Shown in pieces: positions 1-10,834 of a stretch of 38,544 nucleotides of DNA. Source of the DNA: Octopus bimaculoides (taxonomy: Eukaryota); NCBI RefSeq assembly GCF_001194135.2, contig NC_068995.1:23853056-23891599 (forward strand), read 5' to 3'. How positions within the stretch are numbered: position 1 is the first letter of the stretch; each line of letters opens with the position of its first letter. Made by a program: the position numbers and the translations under genes. Under the pieces are notes generated by a model. The model was given only the letters and a program-made list of their open reading frames with translations, did not search any database and was not told the origin of the DNA.

Positions 1-30
1 AGCCGCACTATTGTGCGGCTTTTAGGCTAG
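1..30 (+). mobile_element. Probable Helitron 3' terminus (hairpin + CTAG)
   Basis: Perfect 8-bp stem AGCCGCAC/GTGCGGCT (1-20) with a 4-nt loop, CTAG ending 10 nt later (27-30), then T. This matches the canonical Helitron 3' end. The body lies outside the window. Confidence 0.5.
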
Positions 31-217
31 TTCCTGTGGAGAGCTCTTCATTGGGCTTTCAGCCCATAATGACGCTTCATGCATTGAGTACATATTAAAT
101 TTTATTAAAGTTGACCAATATTTTTCAAGCAATGAATCATTTTCGTCAAAAGCTTCATGATAAACGGCGTTTTTTGTCTTCCCATTCGTGGGTTAGAACA
201 GTTTTTTCTAACCTCTT

Positions 218-221
<4 letters not shown>

Positions 222-258
<37 letters not shown>
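222..258. repeat. (CT)n microsatellite
   Basis: Directly visible dinucleotide run. Confidence 0.95.
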
Positions 259-263
<5 letters not shown>

Positions 264-690
264 CCTTTCTCTCTTTCAGTTGATAGTTTTCAACCATCAC
301 CAAGACCAGTACCATTATCATCGCCATCACAACTGCCATACATACACACACACACACCATTCAGACTTCTCACGTATCAACACTTTTGACTTCGCCGCCT
401 TACCCTCCACCACCACCACTGTCTTTCACATCCCTTATCATCACCGTCATGCTTGACCGCCTCAGCTACCACTTCACCACCACCATCATCACCGTCGCAT
501 CCGCCTCTATCACAACTACAGCTCATACTATTACTATCACCTCATCTCAACTGTCAATCAACTACCACCCTCACCTTCTCTATGCCTATTACTCTCACCC
601 CAGCAAGATGAGTAGAAGTGTCATTGAATTGAGAGAGAGAGGGGGTGGGCACAGCGTGACACACTGACCCACAGAAATTCGTTTTGGAAT

Positions 691-1960
691 TTATTATTAT
701 TATTATTATTCAGTAGTTTTATTTTATAACGTGCTTTCACTTCACTACCGAGCGCAGCTCTGTGCGCCTTGGGTATGTGCTGTGGTTTGCTGTGGTGCTC
801 TTATGGTTACTGTCTTGAAAGTGTTTTGCGTAGGATGTGTGCAGTGCCCAGTAGTGCAATTTTCTGTATGTTATATATATTTGTAAGTCCTGGTGTTTTT
901 GTTATGTATTTGTCTGAATATTTTTTTATTATACCTAAACCACCTNNNNNNNNNNNNNNNNNNNNNNNNNNNNNNNNNNNNNNNNNNNNNNNNNNNNNNN
1001 NNNNNNNNNNNNNNNNNNNNNNNNNNNNNNNNNNNNNNNNNNNNNNNNNNNNNNNNNNNNNNNNNNNNNNNNNNNNNNNNNNNNNNNNNNNNNNNNNNNN
1101 NNNNNNNNNNNNNNNNNNNNNNNNNNNNNNNNNNNNNNNNNNNNNNNNNNNNNNNNNNNNNNNNNNNNNNNNNNNNNNNNNNNNNNNNNNNNNNNNNNNN
1201 NNNNNNNNNNNNNNNNNNNNNNNNNNNNNNNNNNNNNNNNNNNNNNNNNNNNNNNNNNNNNNNNNNNNNNNNNNNNNNNNNNNNNNNNNNNNNNNNNNNN
1301 NNNNNNNNNNNNNNNNNNNNNNNNNNNNNNNNNNNNNNNNNNNNNNNNNNNNNNNNNNNNNNNNNNNNNNNNNNNNNNNNNNNNNNNNNNNNNNNNNNNN
1401 NNNNNNNNNNNNNNNNNNNNNNNNNNNNNNNNNNNTTTGAGTCCTGAGCTTCTCAACCATTGCTAGGATTTTTCTCTGTTTATTTCTTTTGCATTTAGTT
1501 TAGCCCAGTATTTACCATGTAGGGGCTTTTCTTGCCATCGTTTTATCATGGTCCGTTGCTGTTCTAGTTTTAGTTTGGATTTCATTTGCTTTATAGCTTT
1601 TGTTGTTTCTTGTTCTTCGTCTTCGTATTTGTTAGGTAGTGTGATTTCTTGTTTGTATTTGTCAGCTTCCTTAAATACTGAAAACAGTTTTTTGTTTTGC
1701 TCGTGTTTTGTGGCCATTTGTATTAGTTTTCCTTGCTTCTGGAGTAGGTATTTTTGCAGTCCTATGGTGGTTATTTTATAATAGTTTTCTACCTGTATAA
1801 GATCCCTGCCACCTTCTGTAAGTTGTATATATAGCCTTTCTATGTCAGATTTTGGGTGGTGCATCCTATATCCTGTCATTATTTTTCTTGTTTTCCTGTC
1901 TATTTTAGATAGTTCGTTTAGTGTAATCATCACAATTTCGGCCCCAAACACTATATTATT
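691..1960 (-). mobile_element. 5'-truncated R4/Dong-type non-LTR retrotransposon (RLE class) with (TAA)n tail
   Basis: Minus-strand peptides ELSKIDRKTRKIMT...PKSDIERLY...GGRDL...RWQEKPLHGKYW...WLRSSGLK and C-terminal GGLG...IQKIALLGTAHILRKTL. Short 3' UTR, then (TAA)n at 691-710. The middle is in an N gap; the 5' boundary is approximate. Confidence 0.8.
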
Positions 1961-2523
1961 GTTTTCAATGGTCCATTGCCCATTAGAGTTGCGAGGGTAC
2001 AATGGAGGTCGTGTAAAACTCGATTAAAGGCGAGGAAAGTGTCAGTATGCCACGAGAAATTGAGAACGGGGCGATAAGAAATAGGGAGAAGAAAAAGGAT
2101 TACCCAACGACATGCACAATGGAATATGAACAGTACTGCATGAAGAAACGCCGACCAAAGTGTAGTGTCTGTTCGCCTTCAGTAAACCTAGAGGTGACAA
2201 CAAGGGGTCAGTCACTGTGGCATCAAAGGGAGGAAGAAGTCGATTAAGGTGAAAGCGATGAGACAGGTGCTATTTGCGGTTGTCAGAGAAGATAGAGATT
2301 GTGGCAGAGTAAGGAAGAAGAATGTGGTTGAATAACAAGGCAAGCAGCTCAGAAGCCTGTGAAGGACAAAGATGGAAAGGAAAATGGAGGTTATGTACGG
2401 AGAGTGCACGAAAAGAGGAGGAGAAATATATAGGTAGACGAATAGATAGAGAGACACACAGTTAGATAAAAAGGGAAAAATGTCGTACATTACAAACAAA
2501 TATAATAAATTGAAGTCAATGTG

Positions 2524-2555
<32 letters not shown>

Positions 2556-2641
2556 NNNNNNNNNNNNNNNNNNNNNNNNNNNNNNNNNNNNNNNNNNNNN
2601 NNNNNNNNNNNNNNNNNNNNNNNNNNNNNNNTATATACATA

Positions 2642-3324
2642 TATAAATGAAACATTCAGACACTGAAATATGAAGTTAGATGTCACTACTGTTCATATCA
2701 TCTGTGGATAAATTCAAAAATTGATGATATCACCAGTAGTGGCATGGGTGCAACGCAGTTATAACAGCTTTAAACAGCTATGAATTATAAATTTGCACGA
2801 AGCGTAATGATATTTAATGAGCATCTACCTGCTAGAAATAAGAGCTAAGTCTTAAATTAATCCACCGTAGCGCACCAATATAACAGAGAAAAACAGTATT
2901 CGAGGAAAACAGAAAGATTTAAAACATTTAACAGCACAAATAAAAATATTATGCAATTAGGGATATCCGCAAACCAGGTTTCGGCATTTGGGTATTTAAC
3001 TCTGAGCCTTGTCAGTGTGGACTACCAGTTTAAATCAGTGACTGTTCATGTTAGTATCTGACTGTGCAACTGGTTTTGTTTTGCGCCAAAAACAGAGCAC
3101 ACGGTGCATAAAAAATTTATAAATGAAACATTCAAACACTGAGATTTGAAGTTAGATGTCACTACTGTTCATATCATCTCTGGATAAATTCTAAATTTGA
3201 TGATATCACCAGTAGTGGCATGGGTGGAACGCAGTTATAATAGCTTTAAACAGCTATGAATTATAAATTTGCACGAAGCGTAATGATGCTTAATGAGCAG
3301 ATGCTAGAAATAAGAGCTAAGTCT
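2642..3324 (+). repeat. ~205-bp direct duplication (2642-2852 and 3118-3324)
   Basis: Two copies of TATAAATGAAACATTCA...GAAATAAGAGCTAAGTCT, roughly 90-93% identical by eye, separated by a ~265-bp spacer. Confidence 0.9.
2966..3021 (-). ncRNA. Degenerate minimal hammerhead ribozyme relic
   Basis: Minus strand reads TCCACA-CTGACAA-GGC-(20 nt)-GCC-GAAAC-CTG-GTT-TGCGGA. Stem I, stem II and a near-palindromic stem III are present, but core G8 is lost. Confidence 0.45.
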
Positions 3325-3581
3325 GTCAAGGTAGAAAATGCTAAAATAATTTTATAAAGAACATTTCAGTAGCCGTTTCGGTCATTGAGGTTTATTCAAT
3401 TGTATGTATGGAAAAGAATTTAATTTTGGAAAAATTAAATTTTGGAAAAGTTAAATGAAAAGTTTTTAAAGACAACATTTGCATAGTATTCAAATACAAG
3501 GGGTATTTTCCTTGTTTCTGCCTGTCTCTGTCCCTCTTGTTTACTCTTGTGGGTTGGAGGTCGCTGTGAATTCTTGGCACG

Positions 3582-3704
3582 GAAGAAGAAGAAGAAGAAG
3601 AAGAAGAAGAAGAAGAAGAAGAAGAAGAAGAAGAAGAAGAAGAAGAAGAAGAAGAAGAAGAAGAAGAAGAAGAAGAAGAAGAAGAAGAAGAAGAAGAAGA
3701 AGAA
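3582..3704. repeat. (GAA)~41 trinucleotide repeat
   Basis: Uninterrupted GAA run. It explains the poly-R/K/L ORFs in the track. Confidence 0.97.
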
Positions 3705-3864
3705 TGCTATGATAGTAGTAGGATGTTAAATGGTCAAGTGCCCTGAAAGTGACTTGTTGTGGATGGTAGTAGTGACTGAATTCTTGAGACATCTCTTTTG
3801 AATGTATCAATTTTATTATTTGCGTGTGTGTTATTCTAATGCCGTGGTGGATATGTCGTTTGTT

Positions 3865-4030
3865 GTAGATGCGTTCAAAAGGTGTCTGTATTTTGTAATA
3901 AAGAGAGTCTATTTACTAATTCGTCGGCTACAGGTTGTATCGTCCCTGAATTGGTAGAGGGGAAAAAATTCTGAAGCTTGGATTTTTGTTATTAGTGCAA
4001 ATGTCGGTGTGTTGGCTGAATGCTATTTTT
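3865..4030 (-). pseudogene. Penelope-like GIY-YIG endonuclease C-terminal relic
   Basis: With one frameshift the minus strand reads AFSQHTDICTNNKNPSFRIF/PLYQFRDDTTCSRRISK*TLFITKYRHLLN, resembling the PLE EN end (S..H...R..E..FI.....LN). Confidence 0.5.
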
Positions 4031-4044
4031 CTGTTTTGGGGAAT

Positions 4045-4245
4045 TTTGATAAAGACTAATTTCTATATATCTCATGCCTAGGTTAGCAAAAGAGGGGGCC
4101 ATTCTCATACCCATCGCAGTCTCCGATTTTGTCGATAGAAGTTGCTTTTGAAGACGAAGTAGTTATACTCCAAGATGAATTTTAGCTTTTTTGTCACGAA
4201 TGCTTTTTTGATGCTATGTGGGAGTTCGTTGACGTAATTCTCTAG
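4045..4245 (-). pseudogene. Penelope-like RT fragment, inverted relative to 4352-4550
   Basis: The reverse complement aligns to 4352-4550 (KFILEYNYFVF...MGMRMAPSFANL...IEISLY), about 80% by eye. Confidence 0.8.
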
Positions 4246-4258
4246 ACTTCCTGAAATA

Positions 4259-4675
4259 ATGAACAAAAACACCTTACTGCTATCATTTTATGTAGTCAAT
4301 CTCTATTCCAATATGCCCTACAACCTAGGAATATATGCAATTCAATTCTGGTTAGAGAATTATGCCATCGAACTCCCACATCGCATCAAAAGTGTATTCG
4401 TGATAGAAGAGCTAAAATTCATTTTGGAGAATAACTACTTCGTCTTCACAGACAACTTCTATCGACAAAAATCGCGGAGTGGCATAGGTATGAGAATGGC
4501 CCCTTCCTTTGCTAACCTAATCATGGGATATCTAGAAATTAGTCTTTATCGTAGGGTTCTAGAAAAACACGGCAGCCCATTCTCCCTCTACATAGAAAAT
4601 AACTGGAAGAGATACCTGGATGACTGTTTCATTCCTTGGCATGAAAGTATAGAGAGACTTAAAAAATTTCAATAA
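4259..4675 (+). pseudogene. Penelope-like RT core fragment
   Basis: FYVVNLYSNMP...LKFILENNYFVF...GIGMRMAPSFANLIMGYLE...WKRYLDDCFIPW match PLE RT motifs, including YLDD. Confidence 0.85.
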
Positions 4676-4689
4676 CAGCGCATGACCTT

Positions 4690-5058
4690 ACAGGTGGGAC
4701 CCAGTTAAAATTTTCTTCAGGTTAAGTAGCCCATCCCTGAATAAAGTTTAAGGATGATGAACGAAACACTCATATTTCCAGAGGTGAATTATTCAAGCCC
4801 AAAAGAATTCTTCTCAACACATGGCTATGATGCTCCCCAATTATTTCTGCTCGTGATCAGAGATGCACATATTGCCAGTCAGAAAAGAAAATGCTCAACT
4901 GGTTAAGGTCAAACAATTGACAAGCAAATATGTGGTACTGAGCAGAATATTTGCTGTAGCCCATCTTTTATACCAAGACAAAACTATGTACATGATAACA
5001 TTTCCAATTATTTAAGGTCAGAAGCCATGCGAGCCACTGCATGGTACTGCATCAGAGC

Positions 5059-5060
<2 letters not shown>
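4690..5060 (+). repeat. Probable interspersed repeat ending in a (TTA)n tail
   Basis: Non-coding segment running directly into a TTA tract, like a retroposon 3' end. It resembles a cephalopod repeat from memory only; this was not verified. Confidence 0.35.
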
Positions 5061-5113
<53 letters not shown>

Positions 5114-5171
5114 GTTGTTGTTGTTGTTGCTGTTGTTGTTGTTGTCGTTGTCGTTGTTGTTGTTGTTGTTG

Positions 5172-5214
<43 letters not shown>

Positions 5215-5215
5215 C
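5061..5215. repeat. Compound (TTA)n-(TTG)n-(TTA)n microsatellite
   Basis: Directly visible. Confidence 0.95.
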
Positions 5216-6986
5216 ATTTGTGATTTGAAATTCCGCCGAAGCCCATACATCACAATAAACAATACATTAGTAATCGTCTGTCNNNNNNNNNNNNNNNNNN
5301 NNNNNNNNNNNNNNNNNNNNNNNNNNNNNNNNNNNNNNNNNNNNNNNNNNNNNNNNNNNNNNNNNNNNNNNNNNNNNNNNNNNNNNNNNNNNNNNNNNNN
5401 NNNNNNNNNNNNNNNNNNNNNNNNNNNNNNNNNNNNNNNNNNNNNNNNNNNNNNNNNNNNNNNNNNNNNNNNNNNNNNNNNNNNNNNNNNNNNNNNNNNN
5501 NNNNNNNNNNNNNNNNNNNNNNNNNNNNNNNNNNNNNNNNNNNNNNNNNNNNNNNNNNNNNNNNNNNNNNNNNNNNNNNNNNNNNNNNNNNNNNNNNNNN
5601 NNNNNNNNNNNNNNNNNNNNNNNNNNNNNNNNNNNNNNNNNNNNNNNNNNNNNNNNNNNNNNNNNNNNNNNNNNNNNNNNNNNNNNNNNNNNNNNNNNNN
5701 NNNNNNNNNNNNNNNNNNNNNNNNNNNNNNNNNNNNNNNNNNNNNNNNNNNNNNNNNNNNNNNNNNNNNNNNNNNNNNNNNNNNNNNNNNNNNNNNNNNN
5801 NNNNNNNNNNNNNNNNNNNNNNNNNNNNNNNNNNNNNNNNNNNNNNNNNNNNNNNNNNNNNNNNNNNNNNNNNNNNNNNNNNNNNNNNNNNNNNNNNNNN
5901 NNNNNNNNNNNNNNNNNNNNNNNNNNNNNNNNNNNNNNNNNNNNNNNNNNNNNNNNNNNNNNNNNNNNNNNNNNNNNNNNNNNNNNNNNNNNNNNNNNNN
6001 NNNNNNNNNNNNNNNNNNNNNNNNNNNNNNNNNNNNNNNNNNNNNNNNNNNNNNNNNNNNNNNNNNNNNNNNNNNNNNNNATATATATATATATATATAC
6101 ATACACAGAAATGTGCATAAATGCTACATACGTTCGTATCTCACATTCTCTTAGCCAGGAATAAAATCCCTGATAAAATTTTAAGTAATCCTTGATAACA
6201 CATTGTTCTTTTCTTCCCCTCCTGATGTGTTCCTATTACTCTGATCTTTGATCTATTATATTGGCGTGGACGACTTCTGATCAGATATAGCATTCAACTT
6301 GTTATTAAATCTATTGATTTCAAAGAGTAGAAATTGGAATTTCGCTGTTAATGCCATTCCAAAGAACACGATTGTTGTATGTGAACTAAAATACATAGCA
6401 ACTGATTTTGCAGTACCGTTTCCGCCTATTGTAATATGCTTGTCGATGGAGCCATTAATATCAATTTTTGTCTGAATCCTTTTATCCATTTCATGTCTTA
6501 CACTCTAAAACTTTTCTGTTTTAGAACAAGTGAACAAAGACCATCTAGAAAGCAATTTCAGCGTCAGATATACACAGCAATCCGCAGATATATTATCCTC
6601 AACGAAAATAACGAATTCGAAGTCTATCTTATGAGATCATTGATGGAAGAGAAAATTATTTCGATAATATTAAATTATACTGCCGGATAGTGATGTATAG
6701 CAGATATTAGGGTTCGATGGGACATTGGGAGTAATTTGAAATCAGAGAGTTTTACAAATGTCATTTTGGTTTGACGTGCGTACAGCTCAAAGGAAATTGA
6801 AGCACTGGTATATAGGAGGGATCTATGACATAAATCAAAGTTACGTAGCGGTTACCTGCATTAGCAGTAAGTCGATCTAACTTTCCTAATAGGGTAATAT
6901 GGTCATCATATTCTTCACTGATATGACTCCTTAAAAATACTTTACTGTGTTGCATCTAAAGTATGTGCATATATAACATATGTAAT

Positions 6987-7079
<93 letters not shown>

Positions 7080-7179
7080 CATTCTAGTATATACATGTAT
7101 GTATTATACATATATACAAGCATACTGTTGTGGAGACATTGTCGTTTATATATATAGAGAGAGAGAGAGAGAAAGAAAG

Positions 7180-7369
7180 AGATATATTAAATATAGAGAT
7201 ATACTATTGACAATCCAATAATTTATTTATATTACAATATTATATTAAATACTATGAATATATTATAATATAATATAACATATCTTATATAATTTTATGT
7301 TATGTCATATTATATTCATAGTATGGATTATTGGATTGTCAATAGTATATCTCTATATTTAATTTATCT
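7180..7369. repeat. AT-rich foldback / MITE-like inverted repeat
   Basis: 7180-7222 is the reverse complement of 7327-7369 with 1 mismatch in 43 bp. An inner pair ATACTATGAATAT/ATATTCATAGTAT is also present. Confidence 0.75.
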
Positions 7370-7510
7370 TTATAATTGAATTATACTAAAAATTTATATG
7401 GTATCCAACTGATGTACCAGTGAATTGGATGTTTAACACACCCCTTTGAAGGATTTCTATTCCTCAGTTTATATATATAGATAACTATATTATGTACATA
7501 TATGTCTATC

Positions 7511-8634
7511 CAGGGGTTGGACAAAGTAATGGAAACACCTAGCATCATAGCATCATAATTTTGAAATATCTATAAAACCGTCAAAAGCTTGTTTATTTTA
7601 ATGTTTTTTTTAAAATTATTATTAGTGTTGCTTAATAGGTTTTGCTAAATTTGCTGGGGTTTTTTTTCAGATATCATCAGAAAAAGGTAATAAAAATTCA
7701 TTAAAATTTGTCGGACTTTCAAAGAGGTCAAATTGTTTGTGCTCGTATGGCAGGAGCTAGCGTAACCAAAACAGCCGAAATGCTTGGTGTATCAAGAAGT
7801 ACTGTCTCGAAAGTAATGATAGCCTTTGAGAAAGAGGGAAAAACTTCCTTGTCGAAACAAAACTCAGGAAGAAAACCAAAACTTTCAGATACACACCGTG
7901 AATTGTTAGAAAAGATCACAAAAGTACAGCTCGCAAAATTACTACCTCGCTTAATGACCACCTCGAGAACCCAGTTTCTATAAAAACTATTAGCCGGGAG
8001 CTGTACAAAGCCGGATTTCACGGGAGGGCTGCAATCAGAAAACCACTACCTTCAATAACAAACGTTGCAAAGCGTTTAGAGAGGAGTAAAAACCTACAGA
8101 ATTGGTCCCTAGAACAGTGGAATAATGTTATTTTCTCGGACGAGTAATACTTTACCGTATTTCCGACCACCGGCCGAGTATATGTGTGGAGACAGCCAAA
8201 AGAAGCATTTGACCCAGACTGCCTTCTTCCTATGTGATGATCTGGGGGTGGAGCTATATCTTGGAAATCCGCCGGCCCAACGGTTTTCCTTTATGGCAGA
8301 ATCAATAGTCAAGTCTATTTAAGCATTTTATCTGATCAAATTCACACAGCTAAATTTTTACTGAATGGCACGAGGAACATTCTAGTGAAGTTGATCATTT
8401 TATTTGGCCACCACAGTCCCTAGATCTCAATGTTATTGAATTTTTATGGTGCATTTTAGAAAAACAAATAAGGAGTCGATATCCTCCACCATCATCACTA
8501 CAAGAAGTGGAGACTATTTTAGCTGAAGAATGGACAAAAATTCCTTTGGAAACAATTCAAAATATGTACGTGTCAATACCTCATAGAATTCAAGCTTTAA
8601 TTACTGCCAAAGGCGGTCCTTCTCCATATTAACA
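7511..8634 (+). mobile_element. Decayed Tc1-like transposon, copy 1 (left TIR present)
   Basis: Left TIR CAGGGGTTGGACAAAGTAATGGAAACACC. Transposase remnants SDFQRGQIV..RMAGAS...GRKPKLS, FSDE, WPPQSLDLNVIE, AKGGPSPY*. Frameshifts and deletions throughout; the 3' end runs into a gap. Confidence 0.92.
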
Positions 8635-9074
8635 NNNNNNNNNNNNNNNNNNNNNNNNNNNNNNNNNNNNNNNNNNNNNNNNNNNNNNNNNNNNNNNNNN
8701 NNNNNNNNNNNNNNNNNNNNNNNNNNNNNNNNNNNNNNNNNNNNNNNNNNNNNNNNNNNNNNNNNNNNNNNNNNNNNNNNNNNNNNNNNNNNNNNNNNNN
8801 NNNNNNNNNNNNNNNNNNNNNNNNNNNNNNNNNNNNNNNNNNNNNNNNNNNNNNNNNNNNNNNNNNNNNNNNNNNNNNNNNNNNNNNNNNNNNNNNNNNN
8901 NNNNNNNNNNNNNNNNNNNNNNNNNNNNNNNNNNNNNNNNNNNNNNNNNNNNNNNNNNNNNNNNNNNNNNNNNNNNNNNNNNNNNNNNNNNNNNNNNNNN
9001 NNNNNNNNNNNNNNNNNNNNNNNNNNNNNNNNNNNNNNNNNNNNNNNNNNNNNNNNNNNNNNNNNNNNNNNNNN

Positions 9075-9870
9075 CGCACAGAACTGATCTCGAAATATCT
9101 CGACCGTGTCCTCGCCCCCATCCTAGTGGCTTCTCACACATCTACGACACTAACCATGCTCTTCGTCTTTTCACTCATCTACGACACTAACCATGCTCTT
9201 CGTCTTTTCACTCATCTACGACACTAACCATGCTCTTCGTCTTTTCAACACTTTCTCCTTCCGTCCTGGCCCCTCTAAACTTCTCTTTCCTCTTGATATC
9301 AACAGTCTATATACGGTGATCCCACACCATGAAAGACTTCTTGCTCTCAAACACTTCCTAGAACTTCGACCCAACCACAAACCTGACACGTCCACACTTC
9401 TTCATCTGACCGAACTTGTTCTCTCTATGAACTAGTTCTCGTTCGCGGGGGAGTTTTACGAACATGACTCGGGAGTGGCTATGGGAGCGAGAGTGGGCCC
9501 CAACTATGCGAACCTGTTCGTTGACTAAGCTGAGTCCCAAATATTTTCAAGATTCACTGGTCCCATTCCCGAACTATACGGTCATTATATTGATGACCGT
9601 ATCGGTGCGAAGTCGCTCTCCTGCGAACATCTAGATTCCTTCCTCTCTTTTCACAATCCTTCCAGCCTGCCCTCGAATTCTCCTGCACCATTTCCGTCAT
9701 TTCCGTCGCCTTTCTCGGCATTTCGATCAACATACACAACTCCACTCTCACTACCTCCATCCACTACAAACATACCGACTCACACTCATACCTCATCTTC
9801 TCCTCCTCCCACCCTGTACTTCCAATTCCTCCGTCTGCGCAGGCTATGCAGTAAAAACCATAACTTTGAG
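9075..9870 (+). pseudogene. Penelope-like RT fragment (another lineage), decayed
   Basis: TELISKYLD, LDINSLYTVIPH, GVAMGARVGPNYANLFV, YIDD, HYKHTDSHSY and FLRLRRLCS motifs, with stops and frameshifts. Confidence 0.85.
9139..9247 (+). repeat. 37-bp tandem triplication inside the PLE RT relic
   Basis: CATCTACGACACTAACCATGCTCTTCGTCTTTTCA(CT) starts at 9139, 9176 and 9213. Confidence 0.95.
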
Positions 9871-10635
9871 ACTCTTTATGCTCTTTATGTCCTTCTCTGT
9901 ACATCAGTCAAACGGGACGCTGCTTGGCTGAACGGTTCGCGGAGCACATGCGAAACATTAGAGTCGGCAATGACACCCCGGTCTCACGCCATTTTTGCTC
10001 TACCGGTCATTCATTACATCAGTCTGTTCGGATTGTCTTTGCATAGGGGCTATTCGGACTCCCGCCTTCTCTCTTAGCTCCTTTGTGCCACATGGGCTCA
10101 ACTCCCCTCCCCTCTTCATCAGACTCCCCTCATCTCCTCCTTTCATCTGACACCTACTTCCCCTCCTACCCATCTCTTCTCTCCTCTCTTACTCTGACAC
10201 CTGCTTCCTCTCTTCACTCCTACCGTTCTCCCCTTCATTGATATACACTCCATCCACNNNNNNNNNNNNNNNNNNNNNNNNNNNNNNNNNNNNNNNNNNN
10301 NNNNNNNNNNNNNNNNNNNNNNNNNNNNNNNNNNNNNNNNNNNNNNNNNNNNNNNNNNNNNNNNNNNNNNNNNNNNNNNNNNNNNNNNNNNNNNNNNNNN
10401 NNNNNNNNNNNNNNNNNNNNNNNNNNNNNNNNNNNNNNNNNNNNNNNNNNNNNNNNNNNNNNNNNNNNNNNNNNNNNNNNNNNNNNNNNNNNNNNNNNNN
10501 NNNNNAATTGAATTTAAAATGCCTTAAACGTTTTACCTTTTACTTGTTTCATCCGCAGACACGGTTTCGTACGTGTTAAATCATCAAAAATATCTTCCTT
10601 CCTTAATTGCATAGATTAAATATTATATAGATATA

Positions 10636-10794
10636 GGTGGAGGCGTGGTTGTTGTGGTAAGAAGATTGCTTCCCAACCACATGGCATCGGATTCGGTCCC
10701 ACTGCGTGGCATATTTGACAAGTGTCTTTTTCTATAGCCTCGGGCCGAGCATATCCTTATGCCTGGATTTGGTAGACGGAAATTGAAAGCTTGT

Positions 10795-10831
<37 letters not shown>
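10636..10831 (+). mobile_element. tRNA-derived SINE, 5' half, with internal (TA)n
   Basis: tRNA-like head (GTGGTAAGAAG...GGATTCGGTCCC) followed by the body AAGTGTC...TATAGCCTCGGGCCGA...GGATTTGGTAGACGGAAA, which I recognise as the common octopus SINE, then a TA run. Confidence 0.7.
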
Positions 10832-10833
<2 letters not shown>

Positions 10834-10834
10834 A

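Noticed and set aside
3479-3810. Poly-R, poly-K and poly-L ORFs (also the I/V/Y, S/V and YI/CV/HT-repeat ORFs elsewhere)
   Set aside because: These are translations of microsatellites.
6256-6955. Short ORFs on both strands and an acceptor-like TTTTAG at 6527
   Set aside because: No recognisable domain, no donor site, and no consistent frame.
9139-9247. CRISPR-like array of 37-bp repeats
   Set aside because: No spacers, eukaryotic context, and it lies within an RT relic; it is a plain tandem repeat.
10080-10590. CTGATGAAG on the minus strand (~10113-10121) and TTGATGA...GAAAC (~10560-10590)
   Set aside because: The first has no partner GAAAC; the second lacks C3 and a pairable stem II.
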